Source of the DNA: Candidatus Zixiibacteriota bacterium
GTDB lineage: Bacteria; Zixibacteria; MSB-5A5; WJJR01
Assembly (NCBI GenBank): GCA_036170655.1
Contig: JAVHPP010000062.1
Location: 1 to 48,455, forward strand
Reading direction: 5' to 3'
DNA: 48,455 bases
The notes under the pieces were generated by a model. The model worked only from the letters and a program-made list of their open reading frames with translations, did not search any database and was not told where the DNA came from. Shown here one piece after another: positions 38,512 to 48,455 of the stretch. The position numbers were made by a program, and so were the translations under genes. Numbering within the stretch: the first letter of the stretch is position 1; each line of letters begins with the position of its first letter.

Positions 38512-40782
38512 TCAAAAATTGGTTTCCGAGCCGTCCGGCTTGACCAGGGTCACGATCATCCGGTACTGTCCGATCTGGCGGCCCCACCGATCCGAAAGAT
38601 CATCGGTGCGGGACGTTCCGTCGATCACAATCTCACTCTGCGCCGCCCGAAAGTCCAGCGGCTCCTGCGCCCAGATCCGCGGATCGCCGCCCTCGTAGTA
38701 CCGCTCGACCGACCCCAGGGTGAAGCTCGGTCCGATCCAGTGGCGGTAATCATCAACCGGCAGATCGCCATACAGTGTCAGTCCGCCCGGGGTGGCGCCC
38801 GCCATACGAGCGGTCAGGTCGATTGTCAGTTCGTGTCGGTTCAGGATGGTGTCAATCAACGTGCTGTCGAGTGGAAACACGACCCATTGCCGGACGTCAC
38901 AGAGACGGTGATGATAGGCCTCCATGAAGTTTGGATACGACGGCTTCCGGTAGAAGTAATTTCTGTCAACAAGATCGTCTGCGGTCCGATTCTGGACATA
39001 TCCGTTGATGGACAGTGTCACTTCGCAGGTTTTGTGCTCGTCGACGACCATGTCGATGCAGAGAAATCCGGCTTCCACGGAATCCCGGATGACCCAACCA
39101 GGGAATGACACCGTCCGTCGTGCGGTTTTCCCCGGACGATCCAGCCGCACCGACCAGTCGGCGTGCCCTTCGCGCGGCATGGCTTGTGTCAAAAAGACGA
39201 GAGCCAGCACCGTGAAGACCCCGACCGGAACCCATGGGCGCGAAAGAATGCTCCGGGACGCCGTGCGGTGCAGGAGGTAAACACCAGCAGCGATCACGAT
39301 GACGCCACTGATCCAGAAAGCCCAAACGGCGGCGCGCCAGCTAAACAGATCATACAGCGACAGCCAGAAGGGCGGACGCAGGAGGCGTACACCGGCAAAC
39401 ATGCTCAGAATGATCAACGCCACACCGGTGATGCGCCATAAGCGGCGACCGCGAGACCCGTTCAAAAGCCACTGGGCGCCCAGCACAGCGGCAGCGCCCG
39501 CAACCGGCATGGCCAGCAGATTGTAGCGGGACACTACGTGCATCACCATGTGCAACGCCACGAAATATCCGACAAAGGTGAGTGGCAGCAACGCGACCGG
39601 GCCAGCGCGCACCGGCCATAACAGCAGCCCAAACAGGGCGAGGATCACCACGACTTGGTGTGCTTTCAGCACGCCATCCACGCCAAGTGGAAATCCCCGC
39701 CGGTATTCATCCGAGGCATGTCCCCACATGCGGTAGAACTTCTGCAGGTAGAGCTGGGCGTAGGCCAGTGGCTCGCGCGTGATCTCCCGCCAGACCGGAT
39801 AAGTCCAGAAATCGGACGGAACGATATGCAAATCGTACCCTTCCGATTGAAGAATGTTTGATGCCCGGAGGTTCGCCCCGGCATACTCGGGGTCGCGCAA
39901 CGCCAGCGTGCCGTAACGCAGCCAGACAACCATCAGCCAGGGTGCCATCACGACGGCTGCGGACATGGCTACTATCGCCGATTCCACGATGGCGCTGCGC
40001 AAGTTCTTGCGTCGCGCCCATAGCCAGCCGGTCAGCATGGCCGGCAATAACGCCGAGGTTGACGCTTTGGTCAGAGCGAGTATGGCGCAGAGCATGCCAG
40101 CAGCAACCAGCAAGGCACGCTGCTGCGTGTCGTAAGCACGAACAAACGCAAGCAGCGCGAGAAGACCGATCGCGATCGCGATCGTCTCGGTGTTCAGCTC
40201 CCCGCACTTATATATTGCCGGTCCATACAGTGCCCAGAGTCCTGCCGCCCACCACGCGGCCGCCGGGGAGACAAGGCGCCGGGCCAGAAGCCAGATCAAA
40301 ACGGCCGTCAGACTGTCAATAAGCGCCTGCAGAAATCGCACCACCCAGAAATCGTAGCGCGGTGTGAGGCGGAACACCGTACCGAGAAACGCCGGGTACA
40401 CTGGTCCCGCGAAGAAAACATCATTAAGAGACGTGATGAACGTTGGCGGATATAGGATCAGCCAGTCGGCTTGCTCATCTTTGATCAGGTCGCGGTACAA
40501 GAGTTGAAAATCAATGTTTTCGCGCGCGGATGAATCCGCCATCAACGCCGAATTGGTCAGCGCCAGCGGCATGGCCAACCCCGCCGCTACATAGCGAGAG
40601 GCGTCGAATTGCACCGGCGGCTGGTCAATCAGGACAAAATAGATTACGCGAACAAAGAACGTAGACGCGAAGACAATCCAGACGGAGCGCCTTCCGAAAC
40701 GGCGGGACAAAGAGTCGAAATGGCGTGCCGATGGGGACGTCTCGAAGGCGGCTGTTTCGGGAATGCCACTCTGGTCAGACAT
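38512..40782 (-). CDS. GT-C fold glycosyltransferase (ArnT/PMT_2, family 39-like) with C-terminal extracytoplasmic domain
   Basis: Many TM helices; DASRY after TM1, PVYPAFL, NTET, SRYNL. Confidence 0.8.
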   Translation of the reverse strand: MSDQSGIPETAAFETSPSARHFDSLSRRFGRRSVWIVFASTFFVRVIYFVLIDQPPVQFDASRYVAAGLAMPLALTNSALMADSSARENIDFQLLYRDLIKDEQADWLILYPPTFITSLNDVFFAGPVYPAFLGTVFRLTPRYDFWVVRFLQALIDSLTAVLIWLLARRLVSPAAAWWAAGLWALYGPAIYKCGELNTETIAIAIGLLALLAFVRAYDTQQRALLVAAGMLCAILALTKASTSALLPAMLTGWLWARRKNLRSAIVESAIVAMSAAVVMAPWLMVVWLRYGTLALRDPEYAGANLRASNILQSEGYDLHIVPSDFWTYPVWREITREPLAYAQLYLQKFYRMWGHASDEYRRGFPLGVDGVLKAHQVVVILALFGLLLWPVRAGPVALLPLTFVGYFVALHMVMHVVSRYNLLAMPVAGAAAVLGAQWLLNGSRGRRLWRITGVALIILSMFAGVRLLRPPFWLSLYDLFSWRAAVWAFWISGVIVIAAGVYLLHRTASRSILSRPWVPVGVFTVLALVFLTQAMPREGHADWSVRLDRPGKTARRTVSFPGWVIRDSVEAGFLCIDMVVDEHKTCEVTLSINGYVQNRTADDLVDRNYFYRKPSYPNFMEAYHHRLCDVRQWVVFPLDSTLIDTILNRHELTIDLTARMAGATPGGLTLYGDLPVDDYRHWIGPSFTLGSVERYYEGGDPRIWAQEPLDFRAAQSEIVIDGTSRTDDLSDRWGRQIGQYRMIVTLVKPDGSETNF

Positions 40783-40806
40783 GCCGGTTTTTGTCGGTGG
40801 GATGGT

Positions 40807-41823
40807 TCAGCGGTCTTGGACCGGATGCGACGTATCCTCCGGGGTGGGCTCGCCGACTGTCTGCAGGCGCAGGTGTTCGCGCCGCAAATAGTAAAATCCC
40901 AGCGCTGTGATGGGAATATACTGTGCCGCGTGCAAGACAATAGCAACCGCGAGCGCTTCACTGGCGTGCAAGCCATAAACTTGCAACGATATCTGTGTCG
41001 CCCAGTGATAGACCCCGACAAACCCCGCCGTTGAAGGGATGGAAATCATCAGCGAAACAACCACAAGGACAACAAACGATGCCTCCCACGGCAGATGAAA
41101 TCCCAATGCCAGGAAGACAAAGTAATTGGAGAAACCCATGATGATCCACAACACGAGTGACAACACGATGACCCCTGCGGTCGTCGGCAGATTGTGATGC
41201 ATCTTCAGGCCGCGCGCGAACTTCTCGGTGATGTCCTGTGCGGTATTCTGCACCCGTGCCGAGAACGGCCGCATGACGCGCCGCACGAACCGCGCCACCG
41301 ATGCATGGCGATACTGCAACAGCAGCAGGATGAGCAGCAGCGCGACATTGACCGCGAGAAAAAGCCATCCCAGGTAACGAACCCGCCCGACCTCGGCGTG
41401 TTGCGATAGCCGCGAAAAGGCGAACACCAGCCACAGGAACGTCAGCAGCGTGAACGAATCGTACATGCGCTCGATGATGATGGTGCCGAGGGTGGCCGAT
41501 CGCGACAGTCCGGTCTTTAGCCCCAGCGATACCGCCCGGGCAATCTCCCCCAGCCGCGCCGGAAGGACGTTATTGACCATGAATCCGATCATGGTCGACG
41601 AGTAAACCCGCGCAAACGGGACTTCTCCAACCGGACGAAGAATCAACTGCCAGCGCCAGGCCCGGATGAACATCACCCCGACCACAAGAACAATGTTGGG
41701 GATGAGATAGACCCAGCGTGCGCCCTGCAATGTCTGCCACAGAACGGAGTAGTCAACCTTGCGCAGTGCGAGGTACATGAACACGAGACTGATCAAACCA
41801 CCGATGAGCGCCTTACGTCGCAT
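40807..41823 (-). CDS. Lysylphosphatidylglycerol-synthase-TM / flippase-like protein (UPF0104)
   Basis: RAWRW, NNVLPARLGEIAR, IERMYD, PSTAGFVGVYH. Confidence 0.9.
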   Translation of the reverse strand: MRRKALIGGLISLVFMYLALRKVDYSVLWQTLQGARWVYLIPNIVLVVGVMFIRAWRWQLILRPVGEVPFARVYSSTMIGFMVNNVLPARLGEIARAVSLGLKTGLSRSATLGTIIIERMYDSFTLLTFLWLVFAFSRLSQHAEVGRVRYLGWLFLAVNVALLLILLLLQYRHASVARFVRRVMRPFSARVQNTAQDITEKFARGLKMHHNLPTTAGVIVLSLVLWIIMGFSNYFVFLALGFHLPWEASFVVLVVVSLMISIPSTAGFVGVYHWATQISLQVYGLHASEALAVAIVLHAAQYIPITALGFYYLRREHLRLQTVGEPTPEDTSHPVQDR

Positions 41824-43012
41824 GACGCTCCCCGGGAATCGATGATCCCGCCCCCGGCGCGGAAGATGGCGTGGTCATAGGACGTCCGATCTGGCGGTCG
41901 CCTCTGATCACCCGTGCGCAGATGGCCTCGGTTTCGCGTGCGGTATCGTCCCAATGGAACTGCTGCGCCCATTGTAATCCGCCCGCGGTCAGCCGTTCGC
42001 GAAGCGGCGCGTCCGCCAGAAGCCGTCTCAGCCTGTCCGCCAGCGCCGCCACATCGCCATAGGGATACAAGAGGCCAGTCTCGCCGTCACGCGCCGAATC
42101 GCGCAGCCCCGGCACATCGGAGCAGACGACCGGCGTTCCGCACGCATTCGCTTCGATATTGGTCAGTCCCCAGCCCTCTTTCAGCGATGGGCAGACCACG
42201 CCCCACGACCGCCGGATGATCCCGACCTTTGTGGCCTCGGGAACATATCCGGTGAATCGCACCCGGTCCGCCACCCGCAAGGCCGCGGCGCGCCGGTGCA
42301 GACGAACGTCATCATCGCCCGCTCCGACAATCTCGACCTGCAACTTGGGAAACTCAGTGGTCAGCAGCGCCGCCGCCGCCAGCAGGTGATCGACAGATTT
42401 GTACTTCTTCAGACGCCCGACATAGGTCAGCAGCGGGTCCGCTGACTTTTGCTGCGTCGGATCTGGGCAATAGACAACATGGTCAATCCCGCAGTGAACA
42501 ACTCGGATCAGATCCGCCGCAATGCCGCGACCGACAAGGTCGTTCTTTGTGCTTTGCGAGATGACGATGAACGGCACGTTGCGATAGTAATGCCGTACCG
42601 GCCGTTCCATAACATAGATGTAGGAGGCCAGAAACACGTTGATCTCGTGAAACACGGTCGTCGCGAACAGGTGGGGGACAATGGCGAGGAGCGGCGCCCG
42701 GCAGAAACGCGGTGTATAGATGGGGATCTTGTTGATATCCTCGAGGACGATGTCGAAGGTCTGAGATTCGAGTAGTTTCCTGGCGGCGGCAGGCGCAATC
42801 CAGTTGAAGTAGGCGCGTTTCCCCCGGCGGACGACGCGGAGATTGTCGTACCGCTCCTCGGCGGCGGCGCCTTCAAAACCGCAACACAAGAGCGTGACCT
42901 CGTGCCCCCAACCTCCGAGGCGGGAGAGGATCTCCTGCAAATGAACTTCGGCGCCGCCCGCCAGCGGATTCCTCGAGTCTTGCCAGTTGATTGCGAGGAT
43001 GCGCAAAGGCAC
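41813..43012 (-). CDS. Glycosyltransferase family 4
   Basis: NPLAGGAE, VGRLKKYK, EGWGLTNIEANACG. Confidence 0.93.
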   Translation of the reverse strand: MPLRILAINWQDSRNPLAGGAEVHLQEILSRLGGWGHEVTLLCCGFEGAAAEERYDNLRVVRRGKRAYFNWIAPAAARKLLESQTFDIVLEDINKIPIYTPRFCRAPLLAIVPHLFATTVFHEINVFLASYIYVMERPVRHYYRNVPFIVISQSTKNDLVGRGIAADLIRVVHCGIDHVVYCPDPTQQKSADPLLTYVGRLKKYKSVDHLLAAAALLTTEFPKLQVEIVGAGDDDVRLHRRAAALRVADRVRFTGYVPEATKVGIIRRSWGVVCPSLKEGWGLTNIEANACGTPVVCSDVPGLRDSARDGETGLLYPYGDVAALADRLRRLLADAPLRERLTAGGLQWAQQFHWDDTARETEAICARVIRGDRQIGRPMTTPSSAPGAGSSIPGERHAT

Positions 43013-43071
43013 GATGGGTTTCCGTTGCTGACTTCGAGTATGGGGAAGACAGCAGGCCGCTGTTTCCCGAG

Positions 43072-45798
43072 TCACGGTTTGACGCGAACCCCCGCCGATT
43101 CCTGTTGTGCCGCCGCGGCGCGTATCTTTCCCCAGAATTCCTTGGTCTGATTGTCGCCGGGGTTGTCCTTCATCCACCGTTCCAGCAACTGCATCAATGT
43201 GTCGTAATGCGATCCCTCGTAGTACAGCCGGACCAGTGTTTTGTAAGCCGGTTCGTAATGCGGATTGCGCGTCAGGATCTCGTCCAAGATGGAGGTCGCA
43301 CGAGCCGTGTCGCCAAGCCGGCTGAATGAGAAAGCAATGTTGACGCCAACTTGATTCTGATCGGCGCTGGTCTTTCGCACGCTTTCCCGGAGGGCCTCCA
43401 GCTTGGTGCGATCTTTTGTCTCGGCATAGAGCTGGGCCAGGTAGACGTACGCTTCGGGCTCGTCCGGCAGAATCTCGGTCGCTTTGCGCACGCTGGCCTC
43501 GGCTTCGGCCATCCGCCCGGCGCGGCGCAGCGTGTCGGCCAGAAGGATGAATCCGGATGCGTAGTTGGCCACCAGCCGGGTGGCGTTCTCATCCTTGTAG
43601 ACGGTCGGATCGTTGATCCCGCGATACCGGAACACGTCAAGGAACAGGTCGCGGGTCACATCGACGTCGAGAAGACCGTCGCCCTCCTCACGCACAAGAC
43701 GGTAGGCCAGGCCTGTCATCATCAGGTGACGGTCCAGCGGTTTGTCCATGTAGATGCGGTTAGAGCCGGAGACGGTGACGGCGAAATCGATGGGTGTCTT
43801 CCATTGGTTGGCGGTCAGGATTTCGTTAATCATCTGGTCTTGGACGCGCACGAGTTTTCCCTCGGGCGTGCGATAATGGTAGAGCCGTTCGATCTCATCG
43901 TCGCTCATTTTCATCGGTACACCCATCTGATTTTTCAACTGCTTGATGTACCAGTGGGTGTTGATCAGACTCAGGTTGGCGATGCGGACGTCCTTCCGGA
44001 TGCCGTAGACTTCCTGCAAGCACCAGACGGGAAAGGTGTCATTGTCGCCATTCGTGAACACGACCGCGTTGGAGTCGGCCGATGTCAGGATGTTGTACGC
44101 GTAGTCGTAGGGTATGTAGTTGTTCGAGCGGTCGTTGGGAAAATAGTTAGTGGTTAAGGCGCGGAGCGGCATGAGTGCGATCAGTGCCGCTCCGGCGGCG
44201 GACCAGATGACCGATCCCCCGGAGAGCCGTCGAATCAACGCCGCGCCACCCAGTCCGATCGCCATGCCGAAAAAGATGAACGCCGGCGTAAAGAAATAGT
44301 CGCGGTCTCGGACTTCGAGATAGGCGTCCTGCGTGGCGGCATTATAGCGCGTCCCATCGGCAAAATTCATGTACCAGATCAGCCCGACCGAACTGATCAG
44401 GAGAAGGAGAATCAGGAAAAATCCGAATGCGCCTTTCTTGCGCATCAACTGATATAGCCCCAGCAATCCAAGAATGAACAGGGGAAAGAACGCGAAGTCA
44501 TTGTACCCGTATTGCTTGTCGAAGAACCCCCAGAAGCCCATGCGCTCATGCTGCCCGAATTGATTCGCCCATGTCCCCCGGCGGTGGAGCGCCCGCTGGA
44601 ACATCGATTCGTTCCCGTACTGCTTGCGCTCGAGGAATCCCTGAAAGGCGTCCCATGTCTTCGGGGCGTTTTCGTTGATGGCGGGATTGAGTTGCGCACG
44701 GATGGGAATATAGAAGTGCACGGAGAAGCCAAGCAGGGCGGCCAGGACCAGTAGCAACGCGCGCACCCAGGCAGTGTGCTCCCGGAGATAGACAATCATC
44801 CCTGCCGCCCAGACCCCTGCGGCCAGAAATAGAGGCCACGGCACTCCCTGCGAAAGGGTCAACAACACTCCGGCGGCCAGTGTGACCACGGTCCAAATTG
44901 TGGCCAGCATCGTGGGCTTGCGGAAGAAAACGATGACGCCCGACAGAACCAGCCAGATCGTGCACGCCCAGAGAAAGTCGAGGATCCCGCCAGACACCAG
45001 AAAGAGAAACGCGCCCGTGACCCAGAACCGCCAATCACGGCGATGTTCGCGTGAAAGAAAGACAATCAGGAGGAAAATCGGCGGCATGACGAGGAAAACC
45101 GTCATGTGGATGCCCACCGACAGAATGGCCAGATAGCTGATCAAAATCAGGTAACGGTCGCTGCCCGGCTCCTCCCGATGATAAGCCCAGACCAGCGTCA
45201 GCCAGATGAGCACCATTGTCAGGAACATGGCGGCGCCGTAGACCTCGGCCTCCACCGCGCTGGACCAGTAGGTCGTGCCGAACGCAAAGAATAACGCCCC
45301 GCAGACCGAACCGGCATAGACCGGCAACCGCTGCGCCAAGGTCAATGCTGGGTCGGGATAGCGGTCCGAGTACCAATAGGTAATCAAGCGAGCCAGAATG
45401 AAGAACGCGACCGTGGCTGCCGCCGCGGAGAATATGCTCGAAATAAGGTTCACCCGCACCGCAATGTCCGACGAGATTGGCAAAATGGAGAAAAGGCGGC
45501 CAATCAGCACATACAGCGGCGTCCCCGGCGGGTGGGGGATTCCGAGGATGTACGAACAGGAAATGAACTCCCCGCAATCCCAGAATGAGACCGTTGGCGC
45601 CACGGTGCGGACATACACCACCAGTGTGAGCAGGAAAACAATAGCGCCCAGAACGCCAAGCCAAAGATCGGGGAACATACGGCCCAACCCAAAGAGCGTT
45701 CCCCGTGTCCTGTCAAAGCCAGCCCCTGGGCGTGTATGGCCGACCACCCCACTCGGGCGGGGTTCGGGGCCGGTATCAGCGGATTGAGACGCTGTCAT
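43072..45798 (-). CDS. DUF2723 (TMEM260-like) membrane glycosyltransferase with C-terminal TPRs
   Basis: PTVSFWDCGEF, HPPGTPLY, EAEVY, RDRDYF, GDNDTFP; TPR tail. Confidence 0.92.
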   Translation of the reverse strand: MTASQSADTGPEPRPSGVVGHTRPGAGFDRTRGTLFGLGRMFPDLWLGVLGAIVFLLTLVVYVRTVAPTVSFWDCGEFISCSYILGIPHPPGTPLYVLIGRLFSILPISSDIAVRVNLISSIFSAAAATVAFFILARLITYWYSDRYPDPALTLAQRLPVYAGSVCGALFFAFGTTYWSSAVEAEVYGAAMFLTMVLIWLTLVWAYHREEPGSDRYLILISYLAILSVGIHMTVFLVMPPIFLLIVFLSREHRRDWRFWVTGAFLFLVSGGILDFLWACTIWLVLSGVIVFFRKPTMLATIWTVVTLAAGVLLTLSQGVPWPLFLAAGVWAAGMIVYLREHTAWVRALLLVLAALLGFSVHFYIPIRAQLNPAINENAPKTWDAFQGFLERKQYGNESMFQRALHRRGTWANQFGQHERMGFWGFFDKQYGYNDFAFFPLFILGLLGLYQLMRKKGAFGFFLILLLLISSVGLIWYMNFADGTRYNAATQDAYLEVRDRDYFFTPAFIFFGMAIGLGGAALIRRLSGGSVIWSAAGAALIALMPLRALTTNYFPNDRSNNYIPYDYAYNILTSADSNAVVFTNGDNDTFPVWCLQEVYGIRKDVRIANLSLINTHWYIKQLKNQMGVPMKMSDDEIERLYHYRTPEGKLVRVQDQMINEILTANQWKTPIDFAVTVSGSNRIYMDKPLDRHLMMTGLAYRLVREEGDGLLDVDVTRDLFLDVFRYRGINDPTVYKDENATRLVANYASGFILLADTLRRAGRMAEAEASVRKATEILPDEPEAYVYLAQLYAETKDRTKLEALRESVRKTSADQNQVGVNIAFSFSRLGDTARATSILDEILTRNPHYEPAYKTLVRLYYEGSHYDTLMQLLERWMKDNPGDNQTKEFWGKIRAAAAQQESAGVRVKP

Positions 45799-45822
45799 CT
45801 GATTGGTCTGCCCATGAATCGC

Positions 45823-46332
45823 TCATTCCGCTGAAGAGCCGGGAACCACGGTTTTGGGATCATCGGGTACCACGGGCGTCCCGCCCGTGGCCCTTGGCTG
45901 GGTATCCTGATGTGTCGCAGGTCCCTGGCCAGTTCCCTGCTTATACACCTTGTCGAGAATGGCGTTGACGAACGCGCATGACTCTTCGCCGACATATTCC
46001 CGGGCCAATTCCACCGCTTCATTGATTACGACACGCGCTGGCACGTCAGGGAAATACCAAAGTTCGGCGACTGCCAAACGCATCAGATTCTTTTCAACTT
46101 GCCCGATCCGCGCAAAATCCCAGTTGGCCGAGCCCTCCCGGATCGCACGGTCAATCTGTTCCGCCTGGGCAACGGTCGTCGCAAAGAGGCGATGGGCGTA
46201 CGCTTCAGTGTCCGCGTCACAGGTCATGCGATGGGCCTGACCCTCGAACACCTGCTCAACGGGCGTGCCCGTGGCGAAATACGCATACAGGCACCCCAGC
46301 GCCAATTCGCGTCCCTGTCGTCTCCGGCTCAT
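45823..46332 (-). CDS. nusB: Transcription antitermination factor NusB
   Basis: RRRQGRELAL, NWDFARI, PARVVINEAVELA, FVNAILD. Confidence 0.95.
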   Translation of the reverse strand: MSRRRQGRELALGCLYAYFATGTPVEQVFEGQAHRMTCDADTEAYAHRLFATTVAQAEQIDRAIREGSANWDFARIGQVEKNLMRLAVAELWYFPDVPARVVINEAVELAREYVGEESCAFVNAILDKVYKQGTGQGPATHQDTQPRATGGTPVVPDDPKTVVPGSSAE

Positions 46333-47052
46333 GCTCTCACCCACCATCTGTCGGCCGGACCCCTTCTGAACCGGTCCCAACCGAATCTGCCAATTTACCT
46401 TGGAATCCGGCGACAACCAACGCTTTTTGGCGGGGATGTCTTGCTGAACGCTCCAGAAGTCTTGCCCGTCACGGATGGCGGCGGGTGACCGCCAGCTGCG
46501 GGGTCTGCTGAAAAAGTGCCCGCACAAGGAGTGTCCGGACCACCAACAACAAGAGCAGTCATAATCTTGCAGTCGATGAGCCGAGGGGGATTGTCATGCA
46601 CGCGGATGACGAAATTGTAGAACGGGAACTTCGGTCATTGCGAGATACCTTGCAAACGCGGAACAGCGCATAAACCCGCAGGACGAGAACCTGCACTTCC
46701 TAGCCAAGCTGTACGTCTCTTCGGATGACTTTGAATCTCTCGCCCGCATCGGTTCCGAGGGTCTGCGGATCACACAAGAACACTGGAGCTTTTTCTTCGA
46801 AGATCCGTATGCGGCTTCGATGTTCTGGTATGACTGCTCACTACTCCCCGTGATCACGGCTTGCCGCCCCCATCACGCCGAGTCGATAAACGCCGTACTT
46901 ATATCGCAATGTCCATTCGTATCTTACGTGGTGCAGATAAACTTCTACTTCAACGCTGCTGCTGCCGCCGATTTTCCCATTGACTTGCCAACGGTTGTCC
47001 CTTGATTCCCGGCTTCTTCGGGATTTACACGCGAGAGGATAGAGAGGTGCTT

Positions 47053-48378
47053 ATGGTTAAGTCGAAGGAAGATGTGTTGGAGCTTTTGGACGTGAACAAA
47101 GTCCGGTACGTCCGGCTGTTGTTTACCGACATCCTTGGCCAAATGAAAGGGATGTCGATCACGCGCAGTGAAATGGAAACCGTTCTGGCGGAGGGGCAGG
47201 GATTCGACGGGTCGTCCATCGAGGGATTTGTCCGCATCGAAGAATCCGATTTGATGGCGATGCCCGACCTGCGGTCATTCCGCGTCATCCCCTGGGAGAT
47301 TGCGGGGGAGAAAGTCGCCCTGATGTTCTGCGACATTTACAACCCGGATGGGACCCCCTACGAGGGCGACCCGCGCTACGTGTTGAAGCGCGCGTTGAAA
47401 AAGGCGTCGGCGCGCGGTTTGACTTTCTACTGCGGGCCGGAGATCGAATACTTCTATTTCCGCAATGCGCACGGCACCGAGCTCCTCGATCACAGCGGGT
47501 ACTTTGATTACTCCACTGTTGACGAAGGAACGAAACTGCGCAAGAAGGCGGTGGTCTCGCTCGAGGCCATCGGCATACCGGTCGAATGCTCCCATCACGA
47601 AGTCGCGCCTTCCCAGCATGAAATCGATCTGCGTTACCAGGAAGCGCTCGTGATGGGCGACTTTGCGATGCTCTATCATTTCGTCGTCAAGGAGCTGGCC
47701 TCGGAAGCGGGCGCATACGCCAGCTTCATGCCCAAGCCGGTTTTTGGCCAGAATGGTTCCGGCATGCACACACACATGTCCCTGTTCAACGGGGATAAGA
47801 ACGCGTTCTTCGACGCCAGCGATCCCTGGCATCTTTCGGGTATGGCGCGCAGTTTCATGGCCGGACTGCTGACGCACGTCCGCGAGATGACCCTGGTGCT
47901 CAACCAGTGGGTGAATTCGTACAAGCGCCTTGTGGCCGGCTACGAAGCGCCGGTCTATATCTCTTGGGGCAGGCGCAACCGGTCATCGCTCATTCGAGTG
48001 CCGATGTACCGTGTGGGCAAGGAAAAGGCGACACGCATCGAGTTGCGGTCCGCCGATCCCGCCTGCAATCCTTATCTGGCGTTTGCTTGCATGCTGACCG
48101 CCGGATTGGATGGTGTTGACAAAGGATACAAGCTGCCCGAGCCGATCGAAGAGAACATCTTTGACATGACTGAGTCCGAACGGAAGCGGCACGGCATCGG
48201 CGCGTTGCCCGCTTCGCTGATCGAGGCCTGCGATCTGATGGCCGGATCAGCGCTGGTGAAGGAAACGCTCGGCGATCATATCTTCAACGCGCTCTTGGAA
48301 AACAAACGCTTAGAGTGGGACCGCTACCGCATGTGCGTGACCGACTATGAACTGGGCGCATACCTGGCAGTGCTGTAG
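47053..48378 (+). CDS. glnA: Glutamine synthetase type I
   Basis: FDGSSIEG, HHEVAPSQHEI, FMPKP, NGSGMH, NSYKRL, RNRS, RIELRSADP. Confidence 0.97.
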   Translation: MVKSKEDVLELLDVNKVRYVRLLFTDILGQMKGMSITRSEMETVLAEGQGFDGSSIEGFVRIEESDLMAMPDLRSFRVIPWEIAGEKVALMFCDIYNPDGTPYEGDPRYVLKRALKKASARGLTFYCGPEIEYFYFRNAHGTELLDHSGYFDYSTVDEGTKLRKKAVVSLEAIGIPVECSHHEVAPSQHEIDLRYQEALVMGDFAMLYHFVVKELASEAGAYASFMPKPVFGQNGSGMHTHMSLFNGDKNAFFDASDPWHLSGMARSFMAGLLTHVREMTLVLNQWVNSYKRLVAGYEAPVYISWGRRNRSSLIRVPMYRVGKEKATRIELRSADPACNPYLAFACMLTAGLDGVDKGYKLPEPIEENIFDMTESERKRHGIGALPASLIEACDLMAGSALVKETLGDHIFNALLENKRLEWDRYRMCVTDYELGAYLAVL

Positions 48379-48401
48379 CGATCTGCTCACATTCTGGTTT
48401 C

Positions 48402-48436
48402 AACGGGGGCGGGTTTGATACCCGCCCTTGCCGTTG
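48402..48436 (+). terminator. Putative hairpin downstream of glnA
   Basis: aacgg-gggcgggt-ttgat-acccgccc-ttg-ccgtt stem-loop; weak U tract. Confidence 0.45.
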
Positions 48437-48455
48437 AACGCCTGTCAACAGCGTA

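Overview
Chromosomal window of a GC-rich bacterium. FlgD/T9SS-type and dockerin-like C-terminal tags, a DUF2723 gene and a short BoxB-like gene suggest the FCB group, possibly Zixibacteria; this taxonomy is inference. Housekeeping content: 3' end of dnaK, dnaJ, HIT, tRNA-Thr/Tyr, the yceD-rpmF-plsX-fabHDG-acpP-fabF-rnc-etfB operon, acyP-apt-tRNA-Arg, dnaB, nusB and glnA. Also present are a metal-resistance module (ArsR, operator, SO_0444 permease, secreted cupredoxin), a putative GT-C glycosylation operon and many REP-like palindromes. The best candidate for a novel system is three unrelated secreted proteins (15567-16928, 21780-23477, 23858-25567) ending in the same Cys-caged, duplicated DVLDVV dockerin-like domain. 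One of them also has an N-terminal cohesin-like domain, and a PorV/FadL-like beta-barrel gene follows, suggesting a non-cellulosomal cohesin-dockerin surface assembly. A 14-bp duplication of the tRNA-Arg 3' end brackets a 1-kb single-gene island. All calls come from reading motifs by eye; no database searches were run.
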